A stretch of 64,000 nucleotides of DNA from an uncultured Pelagibacteraceae bacterium (GTDB taxonomy: Bacteria > Pseudomonadota > Alphaproteobacteria > Pelagibacterales > Pelagibacteraceae), in NCBI GenBank assembly GCA_902583345.1, contig CACHVT010000004.1, positions 16,162 through 80,161 on the forward strand, given 5' to 3'. This document shows positions 1-10,061 of this stretch, in pieces. The notes under the pieces are model-generated. The model saw nothing but the letters and a program-made list of their open reading frames with translations, was not told the DNA's origin and did not search any database. Position numbers and translations under genes: made by a program. Position 1 is the stretch's first letter. Each line of letters opens with the position of its first letter.

Positions 1-2
1 AT

Positions 3-467
3 GATGAAGAATATAAGGAAGTAGAATTAAATCATATGCTTGCTGATAACTGTTCTATGCAATTATTAAGAAATCCAAAACAATTTGATGTTATTGTAAC
101 TGATAATCTTTTTGGAGATATGCTGTCTGATCAAGCTTCAATGTTAACAGGTTCCTTAGGACTTTTGCCATCTGCATCACTTGGAGCAAAAAATAAAGAC
201 GGGAAAATGAGAGCAATGTATGAACCAATACATGGCTCCGCTCCTGATATAGCTGGTAAAGGATTAGCAAATCCAGTAGCAACAATTTTAAGTTTTGCAA
301 TGGCTTTAAGATATTCTTTAGATTTGGATAAGGAAGCTGATAATTTAGAGAATGCAGTTCAAGATGTACTTAATGATGGATTAAGGACAAAAGATATATT
401 AGCAGAGGGAACAAAGGACGTATCTACTGCTCAAATGGGAGATGCGATTATTTCAAAATTGAAATAA
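3..467 (+). CDS. leuB: 3-isopropylmalate dehydrogenase, 5'-truncated by window edge
   Basis: Frame is open from base 3 ([12 protein letters not shown]...). Motifs [21 protein letters not shown] and ANP are present. Confidence 0.95.
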   Translation, partial: DEEYKEVELNHMLADNCSMQLLRNPKQFDVIVTDNLFGDMLSDQASMLTGSLGLLPSASLGAKNKDGKMRAMYEPIHGSAPDIAGKGLANPVATILSFAMALRYSLDLDKEADNLENAVQDVLNDGLRTKDILAEGTKDVSTAQMGDAIISKLK

Positions 468-486
468 TTTAATTTTTAATTAGAAT
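459..486 (+). promoter_or_regulatory. Candidate sigma70 promoter for the dmd operon (probably leaderless mRNA)
   Basis: TTGAAA(459-464)-N16-TAGAAT(481-486)-N6-ATG(493), with no Shine-Dalgarno. Confidence 0.45.
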
Positions 487-492
487 AATATT

Positions 493-2259
493 ATGCCAAT
501 TTATAATGCACCATTAGAAGACATGCTTTTTTTATACGAAAAGCTTAGAGATAATAAAAATTATAATGAGATCGATAAATATAAAGAAGTTACAACAGAT
601 CTTGTAAAAAATATTTTAGAAGAAGCTGCAAAAATTAATCAAAATTTAATTTTACCACTTGCCAAAGCAGGAGATGAAAACCCTACCGTATTAGAAAATG
701 GAATTGTTAGAACACCACCAGGATACAAAGAAGCTTATAAAAAATTTATTGAAGATGGTTGGACATCGTTATCTTGTGATCCAAAATATGGAGGACAAGG
801 AATGCCAAGAACCGTAAGTGCTTTTTTTGATGAGATGTTATCATCGGCTAGCTTAGCTTTTAAACTTTATACAGAGCTAACACTTGGTGCTTATAATTGC
901 ATTCACCATCATGCTACAGATGAAATTAAAAATAAGTATCTTCCAAATATGGTTGAAGGCAAGTGGAGCGGTACTATGTGTTTAACCGAACCAGTATGTG
1001 GAACCGATTTAGGATTGCTTAAAACTAAAGCTGTAGAGCAACCAGACGGAACATTTAAAATTACAGGTCAAAAAATATTTATTACTTCTGGTGATCATGA
1101 TTTGACAGAAAATATTATACATTTGGTAATTGCAAGAGCATCGGATTCACCCAAAGGCACGAAAGGAATAAGTTTATTTCTGGTTCCAAAATTTATTGTA
1201 AAAGGGGATGGAACTGTTGGCGCAAGAAATGGAATATCTACAGGATCAATAGAAACGAAAATGGGCATTAAAGGTTCAGCAACATGTGTCTTAAATTTTG
1301 ATGAAGCGACTGGATTTATGATTGGTCCTAAGAACAAAGGATTGAGTCAAATGTTTACTATGATGAACTTGGAAAGAATTGTAGTAGGAATTCAAGGTTT
1401 AGGAATATCCGAAATTGCGTATCAAAATTCATTAAGCTACGCTCAAGAGAGAAAGCAAGGTAAAAGTAATAATAATAAATCACAAAATGGAAATGCAGAT
1501 TTAATAATCGAACACGCGGACATAAGAAAATCTTTACTGAATATGAAATCAATAATTGAAGGTGAGAGAGCTTTATGTTTTTGGTTGTCACAACAAACAG
1601 AGGTCAGCTTAAACCATAATGATCAAAAAATTAAACAAGAAGCTTCTGATATGGTTTCATTGATGACTCCAGTTGTAAAATCTTTGTTCTCTGACTTGGG
1701 AATGGAGATTACAAGTGATGCAATGCAAATATATGGTGGATACGGCTATACAAAAGATCAGGGAATAGAACAACTATATCGAGACAATAGAATTACACCG
1801 ATTTATGAGGGAACCAACTCAGTTCAAGCAATTGATCTAGTATTTAGAAAATTAGTAAATAAAAATGGAGATATAATTGCTAAATATATTGAAATGATGA
1901 AAAGTGATTTAGATTTAAATAATGAGAAACTTAAGCCTTTCGCAGAAAAGTTAAAAACTTATATTGAAAAATTAAATTTATTTACAGATTGGATGAAAGA
2001 AAAGATTCAAAATTCAAAAGATGATGCAAATGCAGCATCAAATGATTACTTAAGAGTACTAGGATATGTTGCGATCGGTTATTCTTGGTTAAAAGTTCTG
2101 GAGGTTAGCTACAAGGATTATTCAAATAATAAAGATTTTTATGAGGATAAAATACAGACAGCAAATTTCTACTTTAATAGAGTATTACCAAGAGTGGAAA
2201 GCCATTATATATCTGCAATTACAGGGAGCAAATACATTATGGACTATAAATTTAATTAA
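493..2259 (+). CDS. dmdC: 3-methylmercaptopropionyl-CoA dehydrogenase (acyl-CoA dehydrogenase)
   Basis: 588-aa acyl-CoA dehydrogenase (MCLTEP, KIFITSG, IYEGTN). Lies in an operon with dmdB/dmdA. Confidence 0.85.
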   Translation: MPIYNAPLEDMLFLYEKLRDNKNYNEIDKYKEVTTDLVKNILEEAAKINQNLILPLAKAGDENPTVLENGIVRTPPGYKEAYKKFIEDGWTSLSCDPKYGGQGMPRTVSAFFDEMLSSASLAFKLYTELTLGAYNCIHHHATDEIKNKYLPNMVEGKWSGTMCLTEPVCGTDLGLLKTKAVEQPDGTFKITGQKIFITSGDHDLTENIIHLVIARASDSPKGTKGISLFLVPKFIVKGDGTVGARNGISTGSIETKMGIKGSATCVLNFDEATGFMIGPKNKGLSQMFTMMNLERIVVGIQGLGISEIAYQNSLSYAQERKQGKSNNNKSQNGNADLIIEHADIRKSLLNMKSIIEGERALCFWLSQQTEVSLNHNDQKIKQEASDMVSLMTPVVKSLFSDLGMEITSDAMQIYGGYGYTKDQGIEQLYRDNRITPIYEGTNSVQAIDLVFRKLVNKNGDIIAKYIEMMKSDLDLNNEKLKPFAEKLKTYIEKLNLFTDWMKEKIQNSKDDANAASNDYLRVLGYVAIGYSWLKVLEVSYKDYSNNKDFYEDKIQTANFYFNRVLPRVESHYISAITGSKYIMDYKFN

Positions 2260-2262
2260 AAT

Positions 2263-3891
2263 ATGAGCCATTACGATACAAATTTAAATAAAAATAATGC
2301 AAATTTTGTTCCATTAACTCCCTTATCATTCTTACAAAGAGCGAAAGATATTTATCCTAACTATGAGGCAATAGTATATGAGGATCGAAAGTATACTTGG
2401 CACGATGTTTATAAAAGATGTATAAAATTTGCTAGTGCTTTAGAAAAAATTGGGATTAAAAAGGGAGATACAGTTTCTTTTCTTGCCTTCAATACTCCAG
2501 AAATTTTTGAAGCCCACTACTCCGTTCCCATGACTGGAGGCGTACTTAACACAATTAATATTAGATTAGATGCAAAAACAATTGCATATATCCTAGAACA
2601 TAGTGATGCGAAGGTATTAGTTGTTGATAGACAGCTTCATGTAGAAGTAAAAAAAGCTTTAGGTACTTTAAAAAAAAAAATTACTATAATTGATATAATT
2701 GATAAATATGCAGATCAATCAAAATTAGAGAAAATAGGAGACTTAGAATATGAAGAATTTCTAAAAACAGGTGATGAAAGTTATAATTGGAGGATGCCAG
2801 AAGATGAATGGCAAGCCATTTCTTTAAGTTACACTTCAGGCACAACTGGCAACCCAAAAGGAGTTGTATATCATCATAGAGGTTCATATTTGATGTCAAC
2901 CGGTAGCGCAACAGCTTGGAATATGCCAAATAGATTAAATTTTTTAACAATTGTTCCTATGTTTCATTGTAATGGTTGGTGCTATCCCTGGACAATTCCA
3001 ATGTTAAATGGCAGGACTATTTGCCTAAGAAATATTGATATAAAAAAAATCTTTGAACTAATTGAAAAATACAATGTTACTCACTTCGGTGGTGCTCCAA
3101 TAGTATTAAATATGATTACAGGGGCTCCCGAAAGTGATCGAAAAAAATTAAAACAAAAAGTTTATGTGTTAACTGCTGGTGCTCCGCCTCCGAGTATCAT
3201 TTTTAAAAAAATGAAAAGTTTAGGTTTTGAAGTTATGCATGTTTATGGTTTAACAGAAACTTATGGACATGTAACACAATGTGCATGGAATGAATCTTGG
3301 AATGAATTGGAGGAAGAAAAACAGAACGAAATAAAAGCAAGGCAAGGAGTAAGATATCCTAATACCGAGGGTGTTACGATCATGAATCCAGAAACTATGG
3401 AGGAAGTCCCAAGAGATGGTAAAACGATAGGTGAAATAATGATTAGAGGAAATGTAGTTATGAAAGGCTACTTTAAAGATAAAGAAGCTACTGATAAGGC
3501 TATGAAAGGTGGTTGGTTTCATACTGGAGATTTAGCTGTAATGCATCCAGATGGATACGTTAAAATACAAGATAGATCTAAAGATATAATTATTTCTGGA
3601 GGTGAAAATATATCATCAATCGAGATAGAAAATACTTTAGCAAAACATCCTTCAGTATCTATTGCAGCAGTAGTAGCAAAACCCGATGAAAAATGGGGTG
3701 AAGTACCCTGCGCATTTATAGAAATGGTTAAAGACAAGCCTGTTACTGAAAAAGAGTTAATAGCATTTTGTAAAGAAACTCTTGCTAGTTTTAAAGTTCC
3801 TAAGAAAGTTGAATTTTGTGAATTGCCAAAAACATCAACAGGAAAAATCCAAAAATTTGAATTAAGAAAAAAGGCCAAGGAGTTAAACTGA
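2263..3891 (+). CDS. dmdB: 3-methylmercaptopropionate-CoA ligase (acyl-CoA synthetase)
   Basis: AMP-binding motifs YTSGTTGNPKG, YGLTE, GWFHTGD and PKTSTGKIQK; dmd operon context. Confidence 0.85.
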   Translation: MSHYDTNLNKNNANFVPLTPLSFLQRAKDIYPNYEAIVYEDRKYTWHDVYKRCIKFASALEKIGIKKGDTVSFLAFNTPEIFEAHYSVPMTGGVLNTINIRLDAKTIAYILEHSDAKVLVVDRQLHVEVKKALGTLKKKITIIDIIDKYADQSKLEKIGDLEYEEFLKTGDESYNWRMPEDEWQAISLSYTSGTTGNPKGVVYHHRGSYLMSTGSATAWNMPNRLNFLTIVPMFHCNGWCYPWTIPMLNGRTICLRNIDIKKIFELIEKYNVTHFGGAPIVLNMITGAPESDRKKLKQKVYVLTAGAPPPSIIFKKMKSLGFEVMHVYGLTETYGHVTQCAWNESWNELEEEKQNEIKARQGVRYPNTEGVTIMNPETMEEVPRDGKTIGEIMIRGNVVMKGYFKDKEATDKAMKGGWFHTGDLAVMHPDGYVKIQDRSKDIIISGGENISSIEIENTLAKHPSVSIAAVVAKPDEKWGEVPCAFIEMVKDKPVTEKELIAFCKETLASFKVPKKVEFCELPKTSTGKIQKFELRKKAKELN

Positions 3892-4664
3892 ATCTAAACG
3901 TCGATAATAAAGACGTATTCGTGTCAACAAGCGGCATGAATATTGATACAAAAAAACCATCAATATTATTGATGCATGGTAGTGGGCTAACGCACATAGT
4001 TTGGTCTCTTCATGAACAATTTTATACAGCTAATGGTTTTAATGTTTTGTCAGTTGATCTTCCAGGTCATGGTGACTCGGAAGGACCTTCATTAAAATCA
4101 ATTGAAGAAATATCTGATTGGATAAAATCTTTAATTGGTATTCTTAATATTCCAAAAATTATCGTTGTAGGACATTCTCAAGGAAGTTTAGTGGGAATTG
4201 ATTTTGCTTCTAGATACCCCAACCTGATTGATAAGTTGGTTTTAGTTGCTGGTTCAAATAAAATGCCTGTAAATAAAGACCTAATAGATTTAGCAGAGGC
4301 TGGAGATGAAAAAGCAGTTTTGTTAATGATGAAATGGGGCTATGAAGGATCCAAAGCATTTATCGGAGGTAACCCTGTAAAAAAAATAGTAAATTCTGCT
4401 AGAGCAATCCGCGAAGTATTAGCAGTAGACTTAAATGCGTGTAATAACTATAAGGATGGCGAAAATGCAATTAAAAAAATAAATTGTTCAACTTTGTGTA
4501 TCTTTGGAGATGTGGATAAAATGGTGCCAGTTAAAGTAGGAATCAAAATGTCAGAGCAGATAAAAAATTGTGAAACAAAAATAATCTCAGATTGTGGACA
4601 TATGATAATTTTTGAAAAAGCTTTTGAAATGAGAAAATTAGTAAAAGATTTTTTAATCAAATAA
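3888..4664 (+). CDS. Alpha/beta-fold hydrolase (probable CTG start at 3888; ORF track start is GTG 3921)
   Basis: HGSG oxyanion motif, DLPGHG, GHSQG nucleophile elbow, DKMVP Asp and CGHM His. AAGGAG (3877-3882) sits 5 nt before an in-frame CTG. Confidence 0.85.
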   Translation: MNLNVDNKDVFVSTSGMNIDTKKPSILLMHGSGLTHIVWSLHEQFYTANGFNVLSVDLPGHGDSEGPSLKSIEEISDWIKSLIGILNIPKIIVVGHSQGSLVGIDFASRYPNLIDKLVLVAGSNKMPVNKDLIDLAEAGDEKAVLLMMKWGYEGSKAFIGGNPVKKIVNSARAIREVLAVDLNACNNYKDGENAIKKINCSTLCIFGDVDKMVPVKVGIKMSEQIKNCETKIISDCGHMIIFEKAFEMRKLVKDFLIK

Positions 4665-4670
4665 TAATTA

Positions 4671-5780
4671 ATGAAAAACTTTCCAATTGTAAAATCAAGA
4701 AGATTAAGAAGTACACCTTATACTGATAGAATAGAAGCTCAGGGTGTGAGCAGTTATACAGTTTATAATCATATGTTATTACCATCATCATTTAAATCTT
4801 TAGAATTTGATTACCATCATTTAAAAGAATTTGTACAAGTTTGGGATGTAGCAGCAGAACGACAAGTTGAAATTACTGGAAAGGATTCAGCCAAATTAGT
4901 TCAACTAATGACTTGTCGAGATTTGTCAAAATCTAAAATTGGAAGATGTTATTATGCTCCTTTAGTTGATCATAAAGGTCTTTTAGTAAATGATCCTATT
5001 ATAAATAAATTAGCAGAGGATAAATGGTGGATTTCAATTGCAGACTCTGATGTTATTTTTTTTGCAAAAGGTATAGCAGCTGGAAGCAAACTTGATGTAG
5101 AAATAAAAGAACCTAATGTAAATATTTTAGCGGTTCAAGGACCTTTTGCTGATAATTTAATGGCAAAATTATTTGGTGAAGAGATTAAAAAATTGAAATT
5201 TTTTAATTTTAACTATTTCGATTTTAAGGGTTATAAATATTTTATAGCTAGATCAGGTTGGTCGAAACAAGGGGGCTTTGAAGTTTATGTTGAAAATGAT
5301 TTAGCAGGTCAAGATTTATATGATTATCTTTTTGAAGCTGGAAAAGAATTTAATGTTAGACCTGGATGTCCAAACTTAATTGAAAGAATTGAATCAGCAC
5401 TGTTATCTTATGGAAACGATTTTGATAATAGAGATAATCCTTTTGAGGCAAATTTTGATAAGTATATAAATTTAGAAACTAAAATTGATTTTTTAGGAAA
5501 AGAAAAATTAAAAAACATAAAACAAGAAGGCATCAAAAGAAAGCTAATGGGTGTAAAAATTGATCATGATAAAATTGACATGTATTGTGAAAAAACATTA
5601 TTTGATGATAGTAATAATATTGTTGGCTATGTAAGATCAGCAGCTTATTCTCCTACTTTTAAAAAAGTAATCGGGATCGCAATGATTAATAAACCTTATT
5701 GGGATACGAATGATCAATTTAAAATAGAAATTGATGAAAAAATACATGTAGGAACAGTTTGCGATTTACCCTTCATTTAG
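4671..5780 (+). CDS. dmdA: Dimethylsulfoniopropionate demethylase (GcvT family)
   Basis: 369 aa with [42 protein letters not shown] and terminal CDLPFI, matching SAR11 DmdA as recalled. Confidence 0.95.
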   Translation: MKNFPIVKSRRLRSTPYTDRIEAQGVSSYTVYNHMLLPSSFKSLEFDYHHLKEFVQVWDVAAERQVEITGKDSAKLVQLMTCRDLSKSKIGRCYYAPLVDHKGLLVNDPIINKLAEDKWWISIADSDVIFFAKGIAAGSKLDVEIKEPNVNILAVQGPFADNLMAKLFGEEIKKLKFFNFNYFDFKGYKYFIARSGWSKQGGFEVYVENDLAGQDLYDYLFEAGKEFNVRPGCPNLIERIESALLSYGNDFDNRDNPFEANFDKYINLETKIDFLGKEKLKNIKQEGIKRKLMGVKIDHDKIDMYCEKTLFDDSNNIVGYVRSAAYSPTFKKVIGIAMINKPYWDTNDQFKIEIDEKIHVGTVCDLPFI

Positions 5781-5795
5781 TATAACTAAATCACC

Positions 5796-6803
5796 ATGGA
5801 TATAGCAATAGTCGGTGCAACAGGAAATGTAGGAAGAAAAATTTTAAAAGTCTTGGAAAATAAAAATTTTCCGGTTTCTAAATTATATTTAATTGCTTCT
5901 TCTAAAAGCTCAGGACAAAAAATTAATTTTAAAGATAAAGAATACACTGTTATTGACTTAGAAAAATTTGATTTTTCAAAATCAAAAATAGCATTTTTTG
6001 CTGCGGGAAGTACTGTTGCTGAAAAATGGGCTCCTATTGCAGCAAAAAAAACAATTGTTATAGATAATTCAAAATTTTTTAGAAAAGATCCAGAAATTCC
6101 TTTGATTGTGCCAGAGGTAAATTCCAAAGAGTTATCTCATTTTAAGAAAAAAAATATAATTGCAAATGCAAATTGTTCAGTAATACCTATGGTTGTAGCT
6201 TTGAAACCTTTACATGATCTTTACAATATAAAAAGAATTGTTGCATCAACTTATCAATCTGTCTCAGGCATAGGCAAGGCAGGCATGGATGAACTTTTAT
6301 CACAAACAAAAGAATATTTTGAAGGTAAAAAAATTGTATCACAAAATTTTACGAAACAAATAGCATTTAATGCCATTCCACATATTGATAGTTTTTTAGA
6401 AAATGGATCTACTAAGGAAGAACAAAAAAATCATGATGAGGTAAAAAAAATTTTGGATAATAAAATTAATATTACATCTACGTGTGTCAGAATTCCTGTT
6501 TTAGTTTCACACTCAATTAGTGTAAATGTTGAATTTCATAAAAAATATGATCTAAGTGAGATCAAAAATGTTTTATCTAGATCTCCAGGATGTAGAGTTA
6601 TTGATGAGCAAAAAGATGGAGGGTATATCACTCCTGTGGAAGCAGAAAATAAGTATGAAACTTTTATTTCTAGAATAAGAGACGATTCTTCTCAAGTGAA
6701 TACAATAAACTTATGGATTGTTTGTGATAATTTACTTAAAGGTGCTGCCTTAAATGCAGTTGAAATTGCAGAAAGTTTAATTAAACAGAAGTTACATGAC
6801 TGA
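5796..6803 (+). CDS. asd: Aspartate-semialdehyde dehydrogenase
   Basis: GATGNVG, IDNS, NANCS (catalytic Cys), CVRIPV...HS and DNLLKGAALN motifs. Confidence 0.95.
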   Translation: MDIAIVGATGNVGRKILKVLENKNFPVSKLYLIASSKSSGQKINFKDKEYTVIDLEKFDFSKSKIAFFAAGSTVAEKWAPIAAKKTIVIDNSKFFRKDPEIPLIVPEVNSKELSHFKKKNIIANANCSVIPMVVALKPLHDLYNIKRIVASTYQSVSGIGKAGMDELLSQTKEYFEGKKIVSQNFTKQIAFNAIPHIDSFLENGSTKEEQKNHDEVKKILDNKINITSTCVRIPVLVSHSISVNVEFHKKYDLSEIKNVLSRSPGCRVIDEQKDGGYITPVEAENKYETFISRIRDDSSQVNTINLWIVCDNLLKGAALNAVEIAESLIKQKLHD

Positions 6804-7179
6804 TAAAAATCCTTTGTCACCACATATACAAATTTACAATTGGCATATATCGTCTTTAATTTCAATTTGTCATAGAATAACAGGCATAATAAATATAATT
6901 ATTATAAGCCTAGTTTGTTTTTGGGTAGCTTTTTTGCTTTTAGGAAATTCAAGCTATGAATTTATTCAAAATTTTTTTGAAAGTTATTTTGGTAAATTTT
7001 TTATTTTAGGTACAGTTTGGTCCTTTTTGTTTCAGATATTAAGCGAGGTAAGACACATATTTTGGGATTTAGGATTTGGATTTGAATTAAAAACCTCAAA
7101 TATAACCGGTTTAATTGTTATTTTTGGATCTGTGGTTTTAACTGTAATAATTTTTATTTTAGGAAGAAATTTACTTTAA
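6796..7179 (+). CDS. sdhC: Succinate dehydrogenase membrane anchor subunit C
   Basis: PLSPHIQIY, SICHRITG and RH..WD motifs; three TM segments; precedes sdhDAB. Confidence 0.92.
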   Translation: MTDKNPLSPHIQIYNWHISSLISICHRITGIINIIIISLVCFWVAFLLLGNSSYEFIQNFFESYFGKFFILGTVWSFLFQILSEVRHIFWDLGFGFELKTSNITGLIVIFGSVVLTVIIFILGRNLL

Positions 7180-7508
7180 TGATTAGTGCAACTAAAAAAT
7201 GGATATTTTTAAAAATTAGTTCAGTTGTGCTTGTTCCATTAATGTTGTGGTTTTTGTTAAATTTAGTATCACTATACGACAAAAATTATACTGAAGTGTT
7301 ATTTTTTTTTACAAACCAACCGACAAAGTTTTTATTTTCATTATTTATTATTTTTGCTTACTTTTACTCAGCACTTAGTATTAGTGAGGTTTTTGAGGAC
7401 TATATTGAGAGCGAAAGCTTAAAAAATGTCGCAAACAAATTGCTCTTTTTATTTGCTATAATAATACCTATATCAACTCTACTAATATTGACTAAATTAA
7501 CTTTATGA
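7179..7508 (+). CDS. sdhD: Succinate dehydrogenase membrane anchor subunit D
   Basis: Three TM segments, VFEDY quinone-binding motif, positioned between sdhC and sdhA. Confidence 0.88.
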   Translation: MISATKKWIFLKISSVVLVPLMLWFLLNLVSLYDKNYTEVLFFFTNQPTKFLFSLFIIFAYFYSALSISEVFEDYIESESLKNVANKLLFLFAIIIPISTLLILTKLTL

Positions 7509-9280
7509 GCACATATAAAATTATAGAACACGAATATGACGTTGTTGTTTTAGGAGCTGGCGGGGCAGGTTTACGAGCAGCCGTTGGTTTAAGCGAAGCT
7601 GGGTTGAAAACAGCATGTATATCAAAAGTATTTCCCACAAGAAGCCATACTTCTGCTGCGCAAGGAGGAATCTCTGCAGCATTAGGAAACATGGGAGAAG
7701 ATGATTGGAGATGGCATATGTATGATACCGTTAAAGGAGCTGACTGGTTGGGAGATCAAGATTGTATTGAATATCTATGTAAAGAGGCTCCTAGAGCAGT
7801 ATTAGAGCTTGAGAAATATGGAGTTCCATTTAGTCGAACTGAAGATGGAAAAATTTATCAAAGACCTTTTGGCGGAATGACAAAAAACTATGGGAATGAA
7901 ACTGTGCAAAGAACTTGTGCAGCTGCAGATAGAACTGGTCATGCAATTTTACACACTATGTATGGACAAGCATTAAAGCATAATACAGAATTTTTTATTG
8001 AATACTTTGCTTTAGATTTACTTATGCAAGATGGTGAATGTAAAGGTTTAATAGCTTGGAATTTAAACGATGGAACTATTCATAGATTTAGATCTCATAT
8101 AACAATTATTGCAACTGGAGGATACGGAAAAACTTATTACTCATCTACATCTGCTCACACTTGTACCGGTGATGGCAATGCTATGGTATTAAGAGCTGGA
8201 TTACCGCTGCAAGATATGGAGTTTATACAATTTCATCCAACAGGAATCTATGGACATGGAACTTTAATTTCAGAAGGAGTTCGAGGTGAAGGAGGATACT
8301 TGCTCAACTCTAAAGGTGAGAGATTTATGGAAAGGTATGCTCCAAAAGCTAAGGATCTTGCCTCTAGAGATGTTGTAAGCAGATCAATAGCTGTTGAAAT
8401 TAATGAAGGAAGAGGAGTTGGAAAAGAAAAAGATCATGTGCATCTTCATTTAGATCATTTAGATCCAGAGGTAATTGAGAAAAGACTTCCGGGAATTTCA
8501 GAATCTTCAAGGTTGTTTGCCGATGTTGATGTTACAAAAGAACCAATACCTGTAGTTCCGACAGTTCATTATAATATGGGTGGTATACCGACAAATTATA
8601 AAGCTGAAGTTTTAACCGTAAATGGTTCAGAAAAAATTGTACCAGGACTTATGGCAATAGGTGAAGCTGCGTGTGTCTCAGTTCATGGAGCTAACAGACT
8701 TGGATCAAATTCATTAATAGATTTAGTAGTTTTTGGAAGAGCAGCAGCAAAAAGAGCTGCAGAACTAATAAAACCGGGAACTCCTCATGAGCAAATTTCG
8801 GTTTCTGAAACTGAAAAATGCTTAGATAGATTTGATAAATTAAGAAATGGAAATGGAACTAATAGAACTGCCGATCTAAGATTGTCTATGCAAAAAACAA
8901 TGCAGTCTAAATGTGCAGTATTTAGAACTGAAGAAACTTTAAAAGAAGGTGTGGAAGAAATAAGAAAACCATTCGAGGGAATGGATTCAATTTCAGTAAA
9001 AGATAAATCTTTAATTTTTAATACTGATTTAGTTGAAACTTTGGAGTTTGATAATTTAATAAGACAAGCAATAGTTACACTGGACTCTGCATATGAAAGA
9101 AAAGAAAGCAGAGGAGCTCATGCACGCGAAGATCATCCTAAAAGGGATGATAAAAACTATATGAAACATACATTATCTTGGTGTAAAGGTAGCAAAACTA
9201 AAATTTCTTACAGAGATGTTCACAGATCAACTCTATCAAACGATGTACAATATTTTCCACCACAAGAAAGAGTATATTAA
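7505..9280 (+). CDS. sdhA: Succinate dehydrogenase flavoprotein
   Basis: [16 protein letters not shown] (FAD-His), QFHPTG and [11 protein letters not shown]. Confidence 0.98.
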   Translation: MSTYKIIEHEYDVVVLGAGGAGLRAAVGLSEAGLKTACISKVFPTRSHTSAAQGGISAALGNMGEDDWRWHMYDTVKGADWLGDQDCIEYLCKEAPRAVLELEKYGVPFSRTEDGKIYQRPFGGMTKNYGNETVQRTCAAADRTGHAILHTMYGQALKHNTEFFIEYFALDLLMQDGECKGLIAWNLNDGTIHRFRSHITIIATGGYGKTYYSSTSAHTCTGDGNAMVLRAGLPLQDMEFIQFHPTGIYGHGTLISEGVRGEGGYLLNSKGERFMERYAPKAKDLASRDVVSRSIAVEINEGRGVGKEKDHVHLHLDHLDPEVIEKRLPGISESSRLFADVDVTKEPIPVVPTVHYNMGGIPTNYKAEVLTVNGSEKIVPGLMAIGEAACVSVHGANRLGSNSLIDLVVFGRAAAKRAAELIKPGTPHEQISVSETEKCLDRFDKLRNGNGTNRTADLRLSMQKTMQSKCAVFRTEETLKEGVEEIRKPFEGMDSISVKDKSLIFNTDLVETLEFDNLIRQAIVTLDSAYERKESRGAHAREDHPKRDDKNYMKHTLSWCKGSKTKISYRDVHRSTLSNDVQYFPPQERVY

Positions 9281-10053
9281 TGGTCCAAATAAATTTACCT
9301 CAAGGCTCAAAAGTTCAAAAAGGTAAATTTTATAAGGACAAGACTGGTTCAAAAAATATTAGAAAGGTAAATATTTATCGATGGGACCCTTCAACGGGAG
9401 AAAATCCTAGAATAGATACTTATGAGGTTGATATGGATAATTGTCCCTCGAAAGTTTTGGATTTGTTAAACAAAATCAAAAATGAAATTGATCCATCAAT
9501 TTCTTATAGAAGATCTTGTGCTCACGGTGTTTGTGGGTCATGCGCAATGAACATGGATGGAAAAAACGGATTAGCTTGTACAAAGCCCCATAAAGAAATT
9601 AAGGGAGACATAAATATATATCCATTACCCCATTTAAAAGTTCAAAAAGACTTAATAGGAGATTTAAGCACATTATATAGGCAATACTCGTCTGTTGAAC
9701 CATGGTTAAAAAATTCTAAAAAAGATGACGGCAAAGAAAATATACAAACTATAAAAGATAGATCTAAGTTGGATGGACTTTATGAGTGTATTATGTGTGC
9801 CTGTTGTTCAACTGCCTGCCCAAGCTATTGGTGGAATGGTGATAAATACCTGGGTCCAGCTGTTTTACTGCAAGCGTATAGATGGATAGTGGATAGCCGA
9901 GATGAAGAAAGAGAAGAAAGATTAAAAAAAGTAGCCGATGAATTGAAACTTTATAGATGTCACACTATCATGAATTGTACTAATGCATGTCCAAAGGGAC
10001 TAAATCCAGCCAAAGCAATTGCTGAGATAAAAAAGATGTTAGTTACATCTTAA
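9280..10053 (+). CDS. sdhB: Succinate dehydrogenase iron-sulfur subunit
   Basis: Three Cys clusters: [21 protein letters not shown] and [12 protein letters not shown]. Confidence 0.97.
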   Translation: MVQINLPQGSKVQKGKFYKDKTGSKNIRKVNIYRWDPSTGENPRIDTYEVDMDNCPSKVLDLLNKIKNEIDPSISYRRSCAHGVCGSCAMNMDGKNGLACTKPHKEIKGDINIYPLPHLKVQKDLIGDLSTLYRQYSSVEPWLKNSKKDDGKENIQTIKDRSKLDGLYECIMCACCSTACPSYWWNGDKYLGPAVLLQAYRWIVDSRDEEREERLKKVADELKLYRCHTIMNCTNACPKGLNPAKAIAEIKKMLVTS

Positions 10054-10061
10054 TTTTAAAT

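Noticed and set aside
2670-2680. Long poly-A/T tracts (here and elsewhere) as phase-variation or frameshift sites
   Set aside because: Reading frames are intact and such runs are expected from Lys codons in AT-rich DNA.
4671-5780. Calling this gene gcvT (glycine cleavage T protein)
   Set aside because: Sequence signature and context match DmdA, and no gcvH or gcvP is adjacent.
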